Shown here in pieces: positions 1 to 9,764 of a DNA stretch of 57,820 nucleotides; position 1 is the first letter of the stretch, and each line of letters begins with the position of its first letter. This DNA is from Myxococcota bacterium (lineage in GTDB: Bacteria > Myxococcota_A > Polyangia > Polyangiales > Houyiibacteriaceae), in the NCBI GenBank assembly GCA_039030515.1, contig JBCCEA010000025.1:1-57820 (forward strand). Direction: 5' to 3'. The position numbers and the translations under genes are program-made. The notes under the pieces were generated by a model. The model was not told where the DNA came from, ran no database searches, and saw nothing but the letters and a program-made list of their open reading frames with translations.

Positions 1-230
1 GCCAGCGCCCCCGACCAGCGCGTCTCGATGGGCTTGAACGCCCAGCGCCCCGCACGCGCAGACGTGAAGGAGTAGTTTTGCTACTTCGAACGTCGAGCAT
101 GGGAGGTAAGCGGGCGTTCAGGTCTAGCGAGGCGTGCTGGGGCGAGGAGGAGGGTACACGTTGGTACCTGACGACGAGGCGAGGCGGTAGCGGCTCTATG
201 GCGTGCCTGGTCGGCCGCGGGTAGGGCTAG
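1..230. repeat. REP/BIME-like mosaic repeat, same family as the right end of the window
   Basis: 81-111 ctacttcgaacgtcgagcatgggaggtaagc matches the reverse complement of ~57358-57389. 143-177 cgaggaggagggtacacgttggtacctgacgacga matches 57497-57532. 15-51 matches the reverse complement of ~57455-57495. Confidence 0.75.
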
Positions 231-256
231 GAACGGGACCCTGCTACGATTCAACC

Positions 257-1240
257 ATGTCCGAGGTCCAAAACCCTCGCCCGGCAAAGCGCGCTAAAGC
301 TTTTTTTTCCAGCTGGCTGTGGTTCTTGCTCCTTCTTATTCCTTTGATCGAGTTGATTGCACTCGGCATTACAAAACAGCGTGTTCCCTCCGAAGACGAC
401 TGGACAAGGGCCTCCGATCATATCCGTCGCCAGTCCCTCGCCGGCGACGGGACCGTGGTGGCGCCGTCTTGGGCAGACCCACTGCTCCGACTACATCTTG
501 GAAACCGGATGAGCCTCGGTGACGCTGCACCAAGCGATATCTCAGCATACGAGCGGTTGTGGGTGGTTTCGTCACGAGGAGCGCTTCATCCGTGGGAGGA
601 AATCGCCGCCAGTCGCACTTCCGAACCGCCGAACCGATGGGACTTCGGTTTGCTGTCCGTCCGGCTCTGGCAGCCACTTCGAAGTCCTTTGCTCTATGAC
701 TTTGTCGCACATGTCGAGGAGGCGAATGTCCAGTTCGTCGAAGGTTCGTTCCCTCGTCATTGCCCGCTAGAGCGACTTGGTGTTCGCGGGGGGAGCGGGC
801 TTTTTCAGGGTCCGATGGCGCCGGCGGTGCGGCATGTGTGCGACCGCAAGCGATCATGGCTCTGGGTAGGGGCCACTGTAATCGAAGATCTAGAGCTCAA
901 GCCTCGACGCTGCGTATGGATGCACCCTGCGGGACGCGAGCCCGTCTCGATTCTCTATGAGCAGGTTCCCCGCGGCAGTCACGTAGTGGTGTACGCAGGG
1001 CTTTACTACATTCATGAGCGCGAGGGTCAGGGAGGACCGGTCACGCTTTCGGTCCGCTCTGGCAGCGAGGCAATCGGACAGCTCGTGCATCATGACGGGG
1101 ACGGTTGGAAACGCATGGTCGCCAAAATGCCGGAGCATGGAGCCGCGTTTGTCGACGTCACATTTGAAGCGACAGCCCCCGACCCTCATTTTAGGACACT
1201 TTGCTGGGCTGCAACCATGCGTCGAGGGGACATCCTATGA
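257..1240 (+). CDS. Hypothetical protein with an N-terminal TM anchor and a Cys-containing extracytoplasmic domain
   Basis: ORF 203..1240 with ATG at 257. Hydrophobic stretch FFSSWLWFLLLLIPLIELIALGI. Lies immediately upstream of the GT39 gene. Confidence 0.7.
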   Translation: MSEVQNPRPAKRAKAFFSSWLWFLLLLIPLIELIALGITKQRVPSEDDWTRASDHIRRQSLAGDGTVVAPSWADPLLRLHLGNRMSLGDAAPSDISAYERLWVVSSRGALHPWEEIAASRTSEPPNRWDFGLLSVRLWQPLRSPLLYDFVAHVEEANVQFVEGSFPRHCPLERLGVRGGSGLFQGPMAPAVRHVCDRKRSWLWVGATVIEDLELKPRRCVWMHPAGREPVSILYEQVPRGSHVVVYAGLYYIHEREGQGGPVTLSVRSGSEAIGQLVHHDGDGWKRMVAKMPEHGAAFVDVTFEATAPDPHFRTLCWAATMRRGDIL

Positions 1241-1259
1241 CTCGTTCTCGGGAGGGCAC

Positions 1260-2969
1260 GTGAGACGGCCGCCTCGCCCAGTCGACCATCTTGTGGGCTT
1301 GTTGCTGTCGATCGCATACTTCACCGTGCTTTTCGCTACTGCCGGCGATCTCGGGATGTCCCGTGACGAGAGCTTCTATGTGAAGGCGGCAGAGGACTAT
1401 GGCGCCTGGTACGCTCTGGTCTTTCAAGGCGACCCGAGCGCATTCGAGCCCGAGGTGATCGACCGCTACTGGCGTTACAACTCAGAGCATCCGGCGTTCG
1501 TAAAAACGCTATTTGCCTGGTCGGTATTGGCAAACGAGCAATTTGAACTTTTTGATCATCCATCGACGGCACACCGCGTCCCTGCCATGGGGCTCGCTGC
1601 ACTGCTCGTGTGGTTGATCTACATCTTCGGTGCAAGAGTCTTTGGCAGACAGGCAGGCTTATTCGCGGCGCTTAGTTTCGCCTTGATGCCCCGCGTATTT
1701 TACCACGCCCATCTCAACTGCTTCGATATACCCATTACCTTCGCGGTGACTTTGGTGGCCTACCTGTACTATCGCTCTCTCGAGCAGAAACGCTTTGCGA
1801 TCGGGACCGGTCTAGCGTTCGGCATTGCACTGGCCACCAAACACAACAGTTGGGTGCTTCCGGGGGTATTTGGAATCCACTTTCTCTGGCTTTGCGTTGA
1901 AGAGCGAGGATCCCGCCTGCGAGGTGAAACGCCTCAGATCACCATGAAACCGTACTGGCTGCTGGCCATGATCGCTCTCGGGCCACTGCTGTTTTGGGGC
2001 TCGTGGCCTTGGCTTTGGCACGACACTTTGCAGCGACTCAATAGCTACGCCCTTTTTCATCTGCGGCACGACTTCTACAACATCGCTTATTTTGGAGACA
2101 CGTATTTTCGACCACCCTTTCCGATAGAACTCCCCCTAGTGCTGACTGCATTCACCGTACCGGCATCTGTACTCGCACTGGCAATCGTGGGTCTGGGACT
2201 GCGATTTCCCTTTTTTCTGCCGCGATTTATGCTTCGCCGCTATGCTCCTCGACTGGCGCCCTCGGTTCTGCCGAACCGAACCGACGTACTTCTACTGGGA
2301 CTCCTGCTTTCACCCATCCTGATCATCGCCTTGCCATCGTCGCCCATTTTCGGCGGCACCAAGCACTGGATGCCCGCCTATCCCTTTCTCGCGATGTTTG
2401 CTGGCTTTGGATTCACTCGGATGCATGCCGCAATCTCGAGATCACTGCATTCGACACGAACATGGAAGTCGCTGTACGCCATAGGCATTGGCGCATTCAT
2501 GCTGGCTCCGTCGGCTTTAGAAACTAGGCACAGCCATCCATTCGGCCTCTCCCACTACACGCAGCTTGCAGGTGGAGTTCCGGGAGCCGCTGATCTTGGG
2601 ATGAATCGGCAATTTTGGGGGTTTACGACCAGAAGCATGGTTTCCTGGCTCAACGAAACACTGCCTCAGGGGGGCTCAGTTTATGTGTGCGATACAACAT
2701 TTGGAGCTTGGCGGATGCTACAGAGTGACGGCCATCTCGCAGGTAATATTCGGCCAACTGGGGATATGATCCGAGCGGATATCGCTTTGGTGCACCATGA
2801 AAGGCACTTTGCGGAGGTGGACTATCAGGCTTGGGTAGCCTACGGCTCTCCGAAACCGATGTTCGTCCTAACCTATGACGGAGTTCCTTTGGTCACTGCG
2901 TATCAAAATCCCAAAAGCGTCCGCGTGCGCTCATCCTCTCTAGAGAAGCAGAGGCGGCAAGCACCGTAG
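1260..2969 (+). CDS. Glycosyltransferase family 39 (ArnT/PMT-like GT-C) membrane protein
   Basis: Multiple TM segments, an RDESFY acidic motif after TM1, EHPAFVK, and LATKHN. Start taken as GTG 1260 after GGAGGG; the start is uncertain. Confidence 0.85.
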   Translation: MRRPPRPVDHLVGLLLSIAYFTVLFATAGDLGMSRDESFYVKAAEDYGAWYALVFQGDPSAFEPEVIDRYWRYNSEHPAFVKTLFAWSVLANEQFELFDHPSTAHRVPAMGLAALLVWLIYIFGARVFGRQAGLFAALSFALMPRVFYHAHLNCFDIPITFAVTLVAYLYYRSLEQKRFAIGTGLAFGIALATKHNSWVLPGVFGIHFLWLCVEERGSRLRGETPQITMKPYWLLAMIALGPLLFWGSWPWLWHDTLQRLNSYALFHLRHDFYNIAYFGDTYFRPPFPIELPLVLTAFTVPASVLALAIVGLGLRFPFFLPRFMLRRYAPRLAPSVLPNRTDVLLLGLLLSPILIIALPSSPIFGGTKHWMPAYPFLAMFAGFGFTRMHAAISRSLHSTRTWKSLYAIGIGAFMLAPSALETRHSHPFGLSHYTQLAGGVPGAADLGMNRQFWGFTTRSMVSWLNETLPQGGSVYVCDTTFGAWRMLQSDGHLAGNIRPTGDMIRADIALVHHERHFAEVDYQAWVAYGSPKPMFVLTYDGVPLVTAYQNPKSVRVRSSSLEKQRRQAP

Positions 2970-2972
2970 GAC

Positions 2973-3758
2973 TCATCGGCTTGAAATGGTTGTTTCCGCC
3001 TCACGCCTGTTCCCGCGACGGGATAACTCTACCAGTGATTCAAACAGTGCAAATGCGATATATCCGCTCAGCAACCAGATCACTGCAAAAGAGGCGTGGA
3101 ATCTCCATGCGATGAAGGTAGCGCTTCCCACCACGAGGGTGATCAGAAGCGCCGTCGACCGACAAAGACGCAGTTCTTTGAACGACCGAAAACGGATCGT
3201 GCTCACCATAAGAAAGGAGAGCACGAAGACGACGCCCAACATGAGGTAGATGTACTCGGAAAGCCGACTTCCGAGTGTATGCCGACTGGCAACTACCAGT
3301 GATATGAGAATGCCGGCCGCGGCCGGAATAGGTAGCCCAAATACGTATTTTGAAGGTTGTTTTGGCGCTCCAGAATCACTCATCGCCAGTACGTTGTATC
3401 GAGCCAAACGGATCGTCCCACAGGATACGTAGAGAAAACAGGCGCCAATCCCAAGCTCTGAAGAGGCAAAAAGAGACCACCGGTACACGAGCACTGCCGG
3501 AGCCACACCGAAGGAAATCACGTCGGCCAGAGAATCTAGCTGCACTCCGATCGCACTCTGTGTCTTGGTCAGTCGCGCGACTCTCCCATCGATGGTGTCG
3601 AAGAACATCGCAAAGAGTATCAACACAGAGGCACGAAATAAATCTTCCTGACTCGCATGCTCACTGCAAACGAGCACCGCATAAAAGCCGCAAAACACGC
3701 TCGAAAGGGTGAAGAGATTGGGCAAGATAAACAGACTCTTCTGGAGCGAAATCTTCAT
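2973..3758 (-). CDS. pssA: CDP-diacylglycerol--serine O-phosphatidyltransferase
   Basis: LPNLFTL N-terminus and the CDP-alcohol phosphotransferase motif DTIDGRVAR...G..LDSLADVISFGVAP, followed by RLARYN and FGLPIPAAA. Confidence 0.93.
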   Translation of the reverse strand: MKISLQKSLFILPNLFTLSSVFCGFYAVLVCSEHASQEDLFRASVLILFAMFFDTIDGRVARLTKTQSAIGVQLDSLADVISFGVAPAVLVYRWSLFASSELGIGACFLYVSCGTIRLARYNVLAMSDSGAPKQPSKYVFGLPIPAAAGILISLVVASRHTLGSRLSEYIYLMLGVVFVLSFLMVSTIRFRSFKELRLCRSTALLITLVVGSATFIAWRFHASFAVIWLLSGYIAFALFESLVELSRRGNRREAETTISSR

Positions 3759-3767
3759 GGCATGGTC

Positions 3768-4604
3768 CTATTCGGTAACTCGATCGATCGCATACAAGGC
3801 CCAGTTACGAAACCGGAGTGAGCCATGGCGTCGGTATTCTTCATCAAAAAGACGACTGGCCTCCGCCATATCACCTCCGAAGTAGGCCAAGACTCCGACC
3901 GCTCCGGTGGGGAGTTCACCTCCGGCAGCCTCAAATTGCTTGAGCGCGGCCAAACGTCGGGTTGTCTCGGCTCCACTGCGACCAAGGGCAAGCCAGCCCC
4001 AGTACGCTTGGCGCTCGACCGGCGCAAAATCGGCGAGATTTTTTCGTCCTGCCGCCACGTTCCAACGGGCTTTGTACAGGGCGCGCACCACGAGTGGGGG
4101 GGCCACCAAGACCCCATCGCTCACTGCACCATATTTTTGCAAATGTCCTCCAAAGGCGCCCAAAACCTTTCTACGCTTGGCGGGCCTTAGTGCCCCTTTC
4201 AGCCCGAGGAACGCTTCTTCGGTCATCTTGGCACGAAGCTCGAGGATCGCGGTCTCGCCCTGGACCTGTCTCAGTGTTTGATAGGCCTGAGCCACCCGAT
4301 TTCGACGGTCCCGAAACTCGGCGGGCGTTTCCACAGTGCGGAGCGCTGCTTCCCCCTCTTCGTGCAAGATCTCTTCGAGCTGTCGAGACTCGGGCGTGGG
4401 TCGATATTGGGAGTAAAGCGCTCGATCTCCGTAGGTGACCTGATCTGCTTCGTGCACATCCAGCAAAAGAGGCGGCAAATCGGTGGGGGTATTCGGTCGA
4501 GGCAGAAAGAGGAGTACAATGGTACAACCAACGGCCGTTGACAATAAAATAAGCCGGGCGCTCGCGGGGGACATCGCACGTCGGACTCGTTGCTTGGAGA
4601 TCAT
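3768..4604 (-). CDS. Hypothetical membrane-anchored helical (TPR-like C-terminus) protein
   Basis: ORF 3768..4646 with one N-terminal TM and a C-terminal GVLAYFGGDMAEASRLF helix pair. Start uncertain (4613, 4604 or 4574). Co-oriented with pssA, 9 bp from it. Confidence 0.65.
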   Translation of the reverse strand: MISKQRVRRAMSPASARLILLSTAVGCTIVLLFLPRPNTPTDLPPLLLDVHEADQVTYGDRALYSQYRPTPESRQLEEILHEEGEAALRTVETPAEFRDRRNRVAQAYQTLRQVQGETAILELRAKMTEEAFLGLKGALRPAKRRKVLGAFGGHLQKYGAVSDGVLVAPPLVVRALYKARWNVAAGRKNLADFAPVERQAYWGWLALGRSGAETTRRLAALKQFEAAGGELPTGAVGVLAYFGGDMAEASRLFDEEYRRHGSLRFRNWALYAIDRVTE

Positions 4605-4625
4605 CGCGTTCATGAAAGATCGGTC

Positions 4626-5066
4626 ATGACACAACGCCGAGCCCACGAGCGGTTCGAATTGGAGATACCCATAACCCTACTTTTGGAGGGTGAGGCGATT
4701 CCGGCATCCACGCGCAATATTGGACTGGGTGGAATCAACATCGTGACGGAGCGCATCCTTCCCTACGGTACGGAACTGAAGATACGCTTGCGCCTCCCTG
4801 CGCTCAAGGACCCGGCTGAAATCGAGGTGGTCGTACGCTGGGCACACGAAGACGGGATCGGCGTGCAGTTCGGCAGCCTGAGGGCCAGGGAGGTGTGGGC
4901 CCTCAACCAGCTCTGTGCTCACGAGACCAAGAAAATCGAGCGAAAACAAAGCGAATTAGGAGGTGGTTCTCTGGAGGAACGAGCGGGGGCACAGGGCCAT
5001 GAACGAAGATCGAGAGCGACGTCGAAGGCGCAAGAGGAGCGAGTCGGCGAAGAGCATCCAAACTAG
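4626..5066 (+). CDS. PilZ domain protein
   Basis: RRAHERF (RxxxR) and NIGLGG (a variant of D/NxSxxG), plus VVRW and GIGVQF. Charged C-terminal tail. Confidence 0.85.
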   Translation: MTQRRAHERFELEIPITLLLEGEAIPASTRNIGLGGINIVTERILPYGTELKIRLRLPALKDPAEIEVVVRWAHEDGIGVQFGSLRAREVWALNQLCAHETKKIERKQSELGGGSLEERAGAQGHERRSRATSKAQEERVGEEHPN

Positions 5067-5108
5067 CCGACCGCACTCAAAACTTGCAGATTGCGCACCC
5101 GCAGCGCC

Positions 5109-7391
5109 CTAAGCGGGATAGGGTTCAAGCATGTCCATCTGCTTCAATCTTATCGAACGGGCAGCGGTGATCGAGGTGATGTGCACGATCGTGTCTACCG
5201 AGGCGCCCTGCTGTGCGACGTTGACGGGACGCTTCATCCCCAGCACGAAGGGGCCGATCACGGTCGCTCCTTCTGCGGCGAGCATTTTGTAGGCAATGTT
5301 GCCGGCGTCCAGATTGGGGAAGATCAGCACGTTCGCGCTGTCTTTGAGGGTGGTGAAGGGATAAGTCTGACGCGCCTCTGGGAGCAGAGCGATATCGGCC
5401 TGCATTTCCCCGTCGATCATCAACTCCGGGCGGAGCGCCTTCACCCTCTCGGTCGCTCTCGCTACCTTACGCGACGACGCGTGGGGCGCATCGCCAAAGT
5501 TCGAAAAGGAAAGCATGGCCACCCGCGGTTCGATCCCGAGGTCTCGGACAAAATCAGCGGAAAGAATCGCAGTCTCAGCCAGGGTTTCTTCGTCAGGGTC
5601 GATATTCACGGTGGTGTCCGCAAGAAACTTCACCTCGTCTCGACTCACAACCATGTACATCCCGGCGGCGCGCTTTACGTGACTGCGGACACCGATGATC
5701 TTGAGGGCAGGTCGAATCGTGGTGGCGTAGGCAGAATTCATGCCAGAAACGAGTCCATCTGCTTCACCTTGGTGCACCATGAGCATGGCGTAGTGGGTTC
5801 GACTTTGGGTGAGGCGGCTCAGTGCACGAGTCAGCGTCTCACCTTTGCGCTGCCGCATGCGCCAATAGACATCCGCATACTGGTCGAGGCGGGGCCATCG
5901 ATCGCTGGGAATGATCTCGATGCCCTCGCTATCGAGACCGAGACTGGCAAGCCTGTCACGAATGACTTCGGGGCGTCCGAGCACGATGGGCTGGGCGATC
6001 TGATCGTCGCGTACGATGCGAGCCGCGCGTAAAATGGCGTCGGTCTCTCCCTCCGGATACACGATGCGCTGCAGTGAGGTCTTGGCAGCCTGAGTGATAT
6101 GCCACATGACCCGACGGGTCGGGCTCAGCTTGCGATTGAGCTGCTCGCGGTATTGCTCGTGGTCTAGGTCCAGAGTGGCCACGCCGGAATCGATAGCGGC
6201 CTTGGCTACCGCCGAGGCAACCCATGAAAGTGCGCGCTCGTCCACCGGCTTGGGGATCACGTAGTCCGGGCCAAACTTGATCGCGCGACCGCCGTACGCG
6301 TTGAGCACACTCTCCGGCACTCCTTCTCGGGCGAGTTCGGCAAGGGCATGCACCGCCGCGGTTTTCATCTCCTCGTTGATGTGGGTGGCACCTACATCGA
6401 GTGCTCCCCGGAAAATATAGGGAAACCCCAGCACGTTGTTGACTTGGTTGGGGTAGTCGCTCCGGCCGGTCCCGATGAGCGCGTCCGGCCTCACTCGCTT
6501 CGCCACCTCAAAAGGGATCTCCGGGTCTGGGTTGGCGAGCGCGAAAATGATCGGGCGAGGTCCCATGGAGGCCACCATCTTTTCGGTGATAAGCCCGGCA
6601 GTGGCGAGCCCGACGACCACATCGGCGCCCTTCATCGCATCCTCGAGGGAGCGGCGGCGGTCCGAAGCGGGCTGGGCGAACGCACTGCGGTAAGGCTCCA
6701 TCGGAGCATCTCGACCCTCGTTCAGGACCCCTTTGCTGTCGGTCATCAAAATATGCTGCTGTTTCACGCCTAGACGCGCCCACAGATGCATGCAGCTGAT
6801 CGCAGCCGCTCCTGCACCAACGCATACGACCTGGATCTCCTCGAGCGATTTCTCCTGCAGCACCGCAGCATTCAATAACGCAGCTGCGCTGATGATGGCG
6901 GTGCCGTGCTGGTCGTCATGAAAGACGGGTATGTTCATACGCTGTTCGAGCGAGCGCTCAACTTTGAAGCAATCGGGGGCCTTGATGTCTTCAAGGTTGA
7001 TTCCGCCAAAAGTGGGCTCCAGTGCGGCCACCACCTCGATGAACTGATCGGGGTCTTCGGCATTCACTTCGATGTCGAACACATCGATATCCGCATATCG
7101 CTTGAACAGCACGGCTTTGCCTTCCATCACCGGCTTCGCCGCATAGGGCCCGATATTGCCGAGGCCCAGAACCGCAGTGCCGTTCGACACCACCGCGACG
7201 AGATTCCGCCTTGCGGTGTAGAGTCCTACGGCGTTGCGGTCGTCCGCGATCTCCCGGCAAGGCTCGGCTACCCCCGGCGAATAAGCAAGGCTGAGGTCTC
7301 TCTGAGTCTGCACGGGCTTGGTTGCGACCACTTCGAGTTTCCCTGGCCGTCCCTGACGATGGTATGCGAGCGCATCTTCTCGGCGAATCAT
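5109..7391 (-). CDS. maeB: NADP-dependent malic enzyme with a phosphotransacetylase-like C-terminal domain
   Basis: [46 protein letters not shown] and DYPNQVNN, followed by a PTA-like domain ([21 protein letters not shown]). Start at MIRREDAL. Confidence 0.96.
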   Translation of the reverse strand: MIRREDALAYHRQGRPGKLEVVATKPVQTQRDLSLAYSPGVAEPCREIADDRNAVGLYTARRNLVAVVSNGTAVLGLGNIGPYAAKPVMEGKAVLFKRYADIDVFDIEVNAEDPDQFIEVVAALEPTFGGINLEDIKAPDCFKVERSLEQRMNIPVFHDDQHGTAIISAAALLNAAVLQEKSLEEIQVVCVGAGAAAISCMHLWARLGVKQQHILMTDSKGVLNEGRDAPMEPYRSAFAQPASDRRRSLEDAMKGADVVVGLATAGLITEKMVASMGPRPIIFALANPDPEIPFEVAKRVRPDALIGTGRSDYPNQVNNVLGFPYIFRGALDVGATHINEEMKTAAVHALAELAREGVPESVLNAYGGRAIKFGPDYVIPKPVDERALSWVASAVAKAAIDSGVATLDLDHEQYREQLNRKLSPTRRVMWHITQAAKTSLQRIVYPEGETDAILRAARIVRDDQIAQPIVLGRPEVIRDRLASLGLDSEGIEIIPSDRWPRLDQYADVYWRMRQRKGETLTRALSRLTQSRTHYAMLMVHQGEADGLVSGMNSAYATTIRPALKIIGVRSHVKRAAGMYMVVSRDEVKFLADTTVNIDPDEETLAETAILSADFVRDLGIEPRVAMLSFSNFGDAPHASSRKVARATERVKALRPELMIDGEMQADIALLPEARQTYPFTTLKDSANVLIFPNLDAGNIAYKMLAAEGATVIGPFVLGMKRPVNVAQQGASVDTIVHITSITAARSIRLKQMDMLEPYPA

Positions 7392-7520
7392 GCCCGGGAG
7401 AATACTCCAGCCGGGCGCCAGATGAGCGAAGGGATTCAACTTCGCGAGTTGGCGCTGCAAAAAAAAGAACGAATAAGTCTGCAATCTCCAGCGGATAGAC
7501 GCTTCGAAAGAAACGCTCGG

Positions 7521-8915
7521 TTAGGAGGGCAGCAAGAGCCAAGCGAGAGAAAGACCCAGGAAGATTCCGAGAGCAGTGACGCCGAAGGTAGCCAGAATCC
7601 AGCGCCACCGACTGCTAAGTCCTACCCGATCGGCAGGCAGAGGAGGCTGCGCCAAGCCGTCGATTTCAGAGTGAATGAGTGCCGCTTCTGGTGACAGCGT
7701 GCGCCACGCATCCGGCTCCGGGGGGGGAGGCAGCCCAGCAGTGTCATCCTGGTGTTCGACTCGAACCTCGGCTGATTTCTTCGAACTCTTACCGGATTTC
7801 ACAGAGGCGCTCGTCGGTGCCTTTGAATGACGTACTGCCTGCTTGGCGCGAGCTGGAGTGGGATCGGTAGGCTGATTGGTCGGGATTGGCTCCCGTTCTG
7901 AAACCGGAAACACCTTGTTCAAAAGTCCAACAAGCTCGAGATTGTCCGGAGGGAACTTTTGGCCTCTGAGGAAATCTTCCAAGGCTAGATGCATTTCGCG
8001 GGCAGTTTGAAAACGGTCGGCAGGATCTTTGGCAAGAGCTCGACGGATGATCTGGTCCAACTCGAAGGGAACGTCTGGCCTGATATCGCGTGCGGATGGA
8101 ACGGGCTCACGGACGATGGCCTGCATCGTGTTCATCACCACGCCTCGGTGGTAAAGCGGCTTGCACGTAGCTGTCTCAAACAGCGAAACCCCGAGAGCGA
8201 ATATATCGGAGCGCCGGTCGATAGCCCCATCGATACACTGCTCCGGTGACATGTAGGAGTACTTACCCTTGATGACGCCGGCGGCGGTTTGCTCTTCTGA
8301 AGTCGCTGCTTTCGCGATGCCAAAATCGAGTAGTTTGACCTCGCCACGGTAGCTGATCATGACGTTGTGCGGATTCACATCCCGGTGAATGATCGACAGA
8401 GGCTGCTCATCCGGATCGGCCGCGTTGTGTACGTAGTGCAGTGCTTCAGCGATGAGGGAGACGATCTTTGCGGCTACGCCCACGGCAATACCGCCGTGAT
8501 CGCGACTTCTTCTCAGAAGTCTCCTCAGAGGCACGCCGTACACCCATTCCATCGCCATGAAGTAGGTGCCTTTGTCCTCTCCTCCTTCGTAGACATGGCA
8601 GATGTTGGGGTGGTAGAGGCGCTTACAGATTCGAATTTCGTCTAGGAACATTCGAATAAAATCTTCATCGCCAGCCACGTGGGAAAGCACCCGCTTGATC
8701 ACGACGTGCCTTTTGGGACCGCCGGGGACCTGCTCTCGAGCGAGGAAGATCTCGGCCATCCCCCCCATAGCGATTCGTCCTAGAAGTTCGAATCGGCCGA
8801 GTTTGCCGATCGCGGGATATGGCGGAAGGTCGTGCTCTTCGAATAGTTCATCGGGGTCGAAGACGGTTTCCCCATCTTCGTCGATCCCATCAAATAAAGA
8901 ATCCTCGGCGACCAT
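7521..8915 (-). CDS. Eukaryotic-like Ser/Thr protein kinase with a C-terminal TM helix
   Basis: GGMAEIF, VIKR, HRDVNPHN, LLDFGIAK, YMSPEQ and SDIFALG, with a hydrophobic C-terminus. Confidence 0.95.
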   Translation of the reverse strand: MVAEDSLFDGIDEDGETVFDPDELFEEHDLPPYPAIGKLGRFELLGRIAMGGMAEIFLAREQVPGGPKRHVVIKRVLSHVAGDEDFIRMFLDEIRICKRLYHPNICHVYEGGEDKGTYFMAMEWVYGVPLRRLLRRSRDHGGIAVGVAAKIVSLIAEALHYVHNAADPDEQPLSIIHRDVNPHNVMISYRGEVKLLDFGIAKAATSEEQTAAGVIKGKYSYMSPEQCIDGAIDRRSDIFALGVSLFETATCKPLYHRGVVMNTMQAIVREPVPSARDIRPDVPFELDQIIRRALAKDPADRFQTAREMHLALEDFLRGQKFPPDNLELVGLLNKVFPVSEREPIPTNQPTDPTPARAKQAVRHSKAPTSASVKSGKSSKKSAEVRVEHQDDTAGLPPPPEPDAWRTLSPEAALIHSEIDGLAQPPLPADRVGLSSRWRWILATFGVTALGIFLGLSLAWLLLPS

Positions 8916-9215
8916 CAGCTCAGGACTCTTTCGCAGTGACTCGCGTGCCGTTTATTACAGGAACGGTCCACCATGGCTCTGAATCATAACTGATCTTCAG
9001 CGATCGCGTGGTGTTCCTTTCAACAGCTTTATCCCCAACGAGCTGCACCCGGATAGAGTTGCGCACAAAAACATGTTCGCGTCTAGAGCGCGCATCGAAT
9101 AGTTCACCGATGCGGCAGCAGAGCAGACGCCCATGACGATCGGGGTACGCGGTAATGCGCATCTGCAATCGCAGTAGACCGTGGCTAAAGCGAACGGAGT
9201 TCCGCGATCCTCGAC

Positions 9216-9244
9216 TGGACAGTGGCGCTTCTGGGACCTACGCT
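9216..9244 (+). promoter_or_regulatory. Putative sigma70-type promoter for infA
   Basis: TGGACA-N17-TACGCT, about 85 bp upstream of the infA ATG. Confidence 0.35.
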
Positions 9245-9329
9245 GGCCGACTTCTTTTGAATGGGATCGCTAGATTCCAAGTCTCAAGGTTGGAACGAAA
9301 AGCTACCGAAGTAGGCGTAGGTTCAGTGA

Positions 9330-9659
9330 ATGGCCAAAAAAAAATCTGGTGGATTCCGCGGTAAGAGCGGCGCACGAAAAAAGAAAAAACCCAACAGCGG
9401 CGGTGGAGGTGGTGCAGTCCGACGAAATCCGATTGGGGGACCGAAGGAAGATCGCGACCATCTGACAGTGGAGGGAGAAGTAACCAACGTATTTGCCGGT
9501 GGTCAGTTCGAAGTCACCACCGAATCGGGCACAGTGCGCGCAAAGGTCTCGGGACGAATGCGCAAGAACCGTATCCGGGTTCTACTCGGAGACAAGGTAA
9601 CCGTTGCGCTTTCCCCGTACGACCTTTCCCACGGCATGATCGTGTACCGTCACAAGTAG
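9330..9659 (+). CDS. infA: Translation initiation factor IF-1 with an N-terminal basic extension
   Basis: VEGEV...SGRMRKNRIRVLLGDKVTVALSPYDLSHGMIVYR is the IF-1 signature. Confidence 0.93.
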   Translation: MAKKKSGGFRGKSGARKKKKPNSGGGGGAVRRNPIGGPKEDRDHLTVEGEVTNVFAGGQFEVTTESGTVRAKVSGRMRKNRIRVLLGDKVTVALSPYDLSHGMIVYRHK

Positions 9660-9726
9660 CGCGAATCTGCAGTGATGCGCGTCTGCTCTACCCCGAACGT
9701 TTCGAAAGCGCTTATTTTAGGACTCT

Positions 9727-9764
9727 AGTACTTCACGATTCGGCAGTACTTCACGATTCGGCAG
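9727..9764. repeat. 18-bp tandem duplication spanning the stop codon of the SurA-like gene
   Basis: agtacttcacgattcggc x2 (9727-9744, 9745-9762). Confidence 0.85.

Noticed and set aside
1014..1259. N-terminal extension of the GT39 ORF
   Set aside because: It overlaps the upstream CDS and has no GT-like features.
5091..7694. Long plus-strand ORFs 5091..6032 and 6906..7694
   Set aside because: Antisense shadows of maeB, common in GC-rich DNA, with no motifs.
8920..9329. Short ORFs or an ncRNA between the kinase and infA
   Set aside because: No recognisable protein or RNA motif. The region is best explained as divergent promoters.
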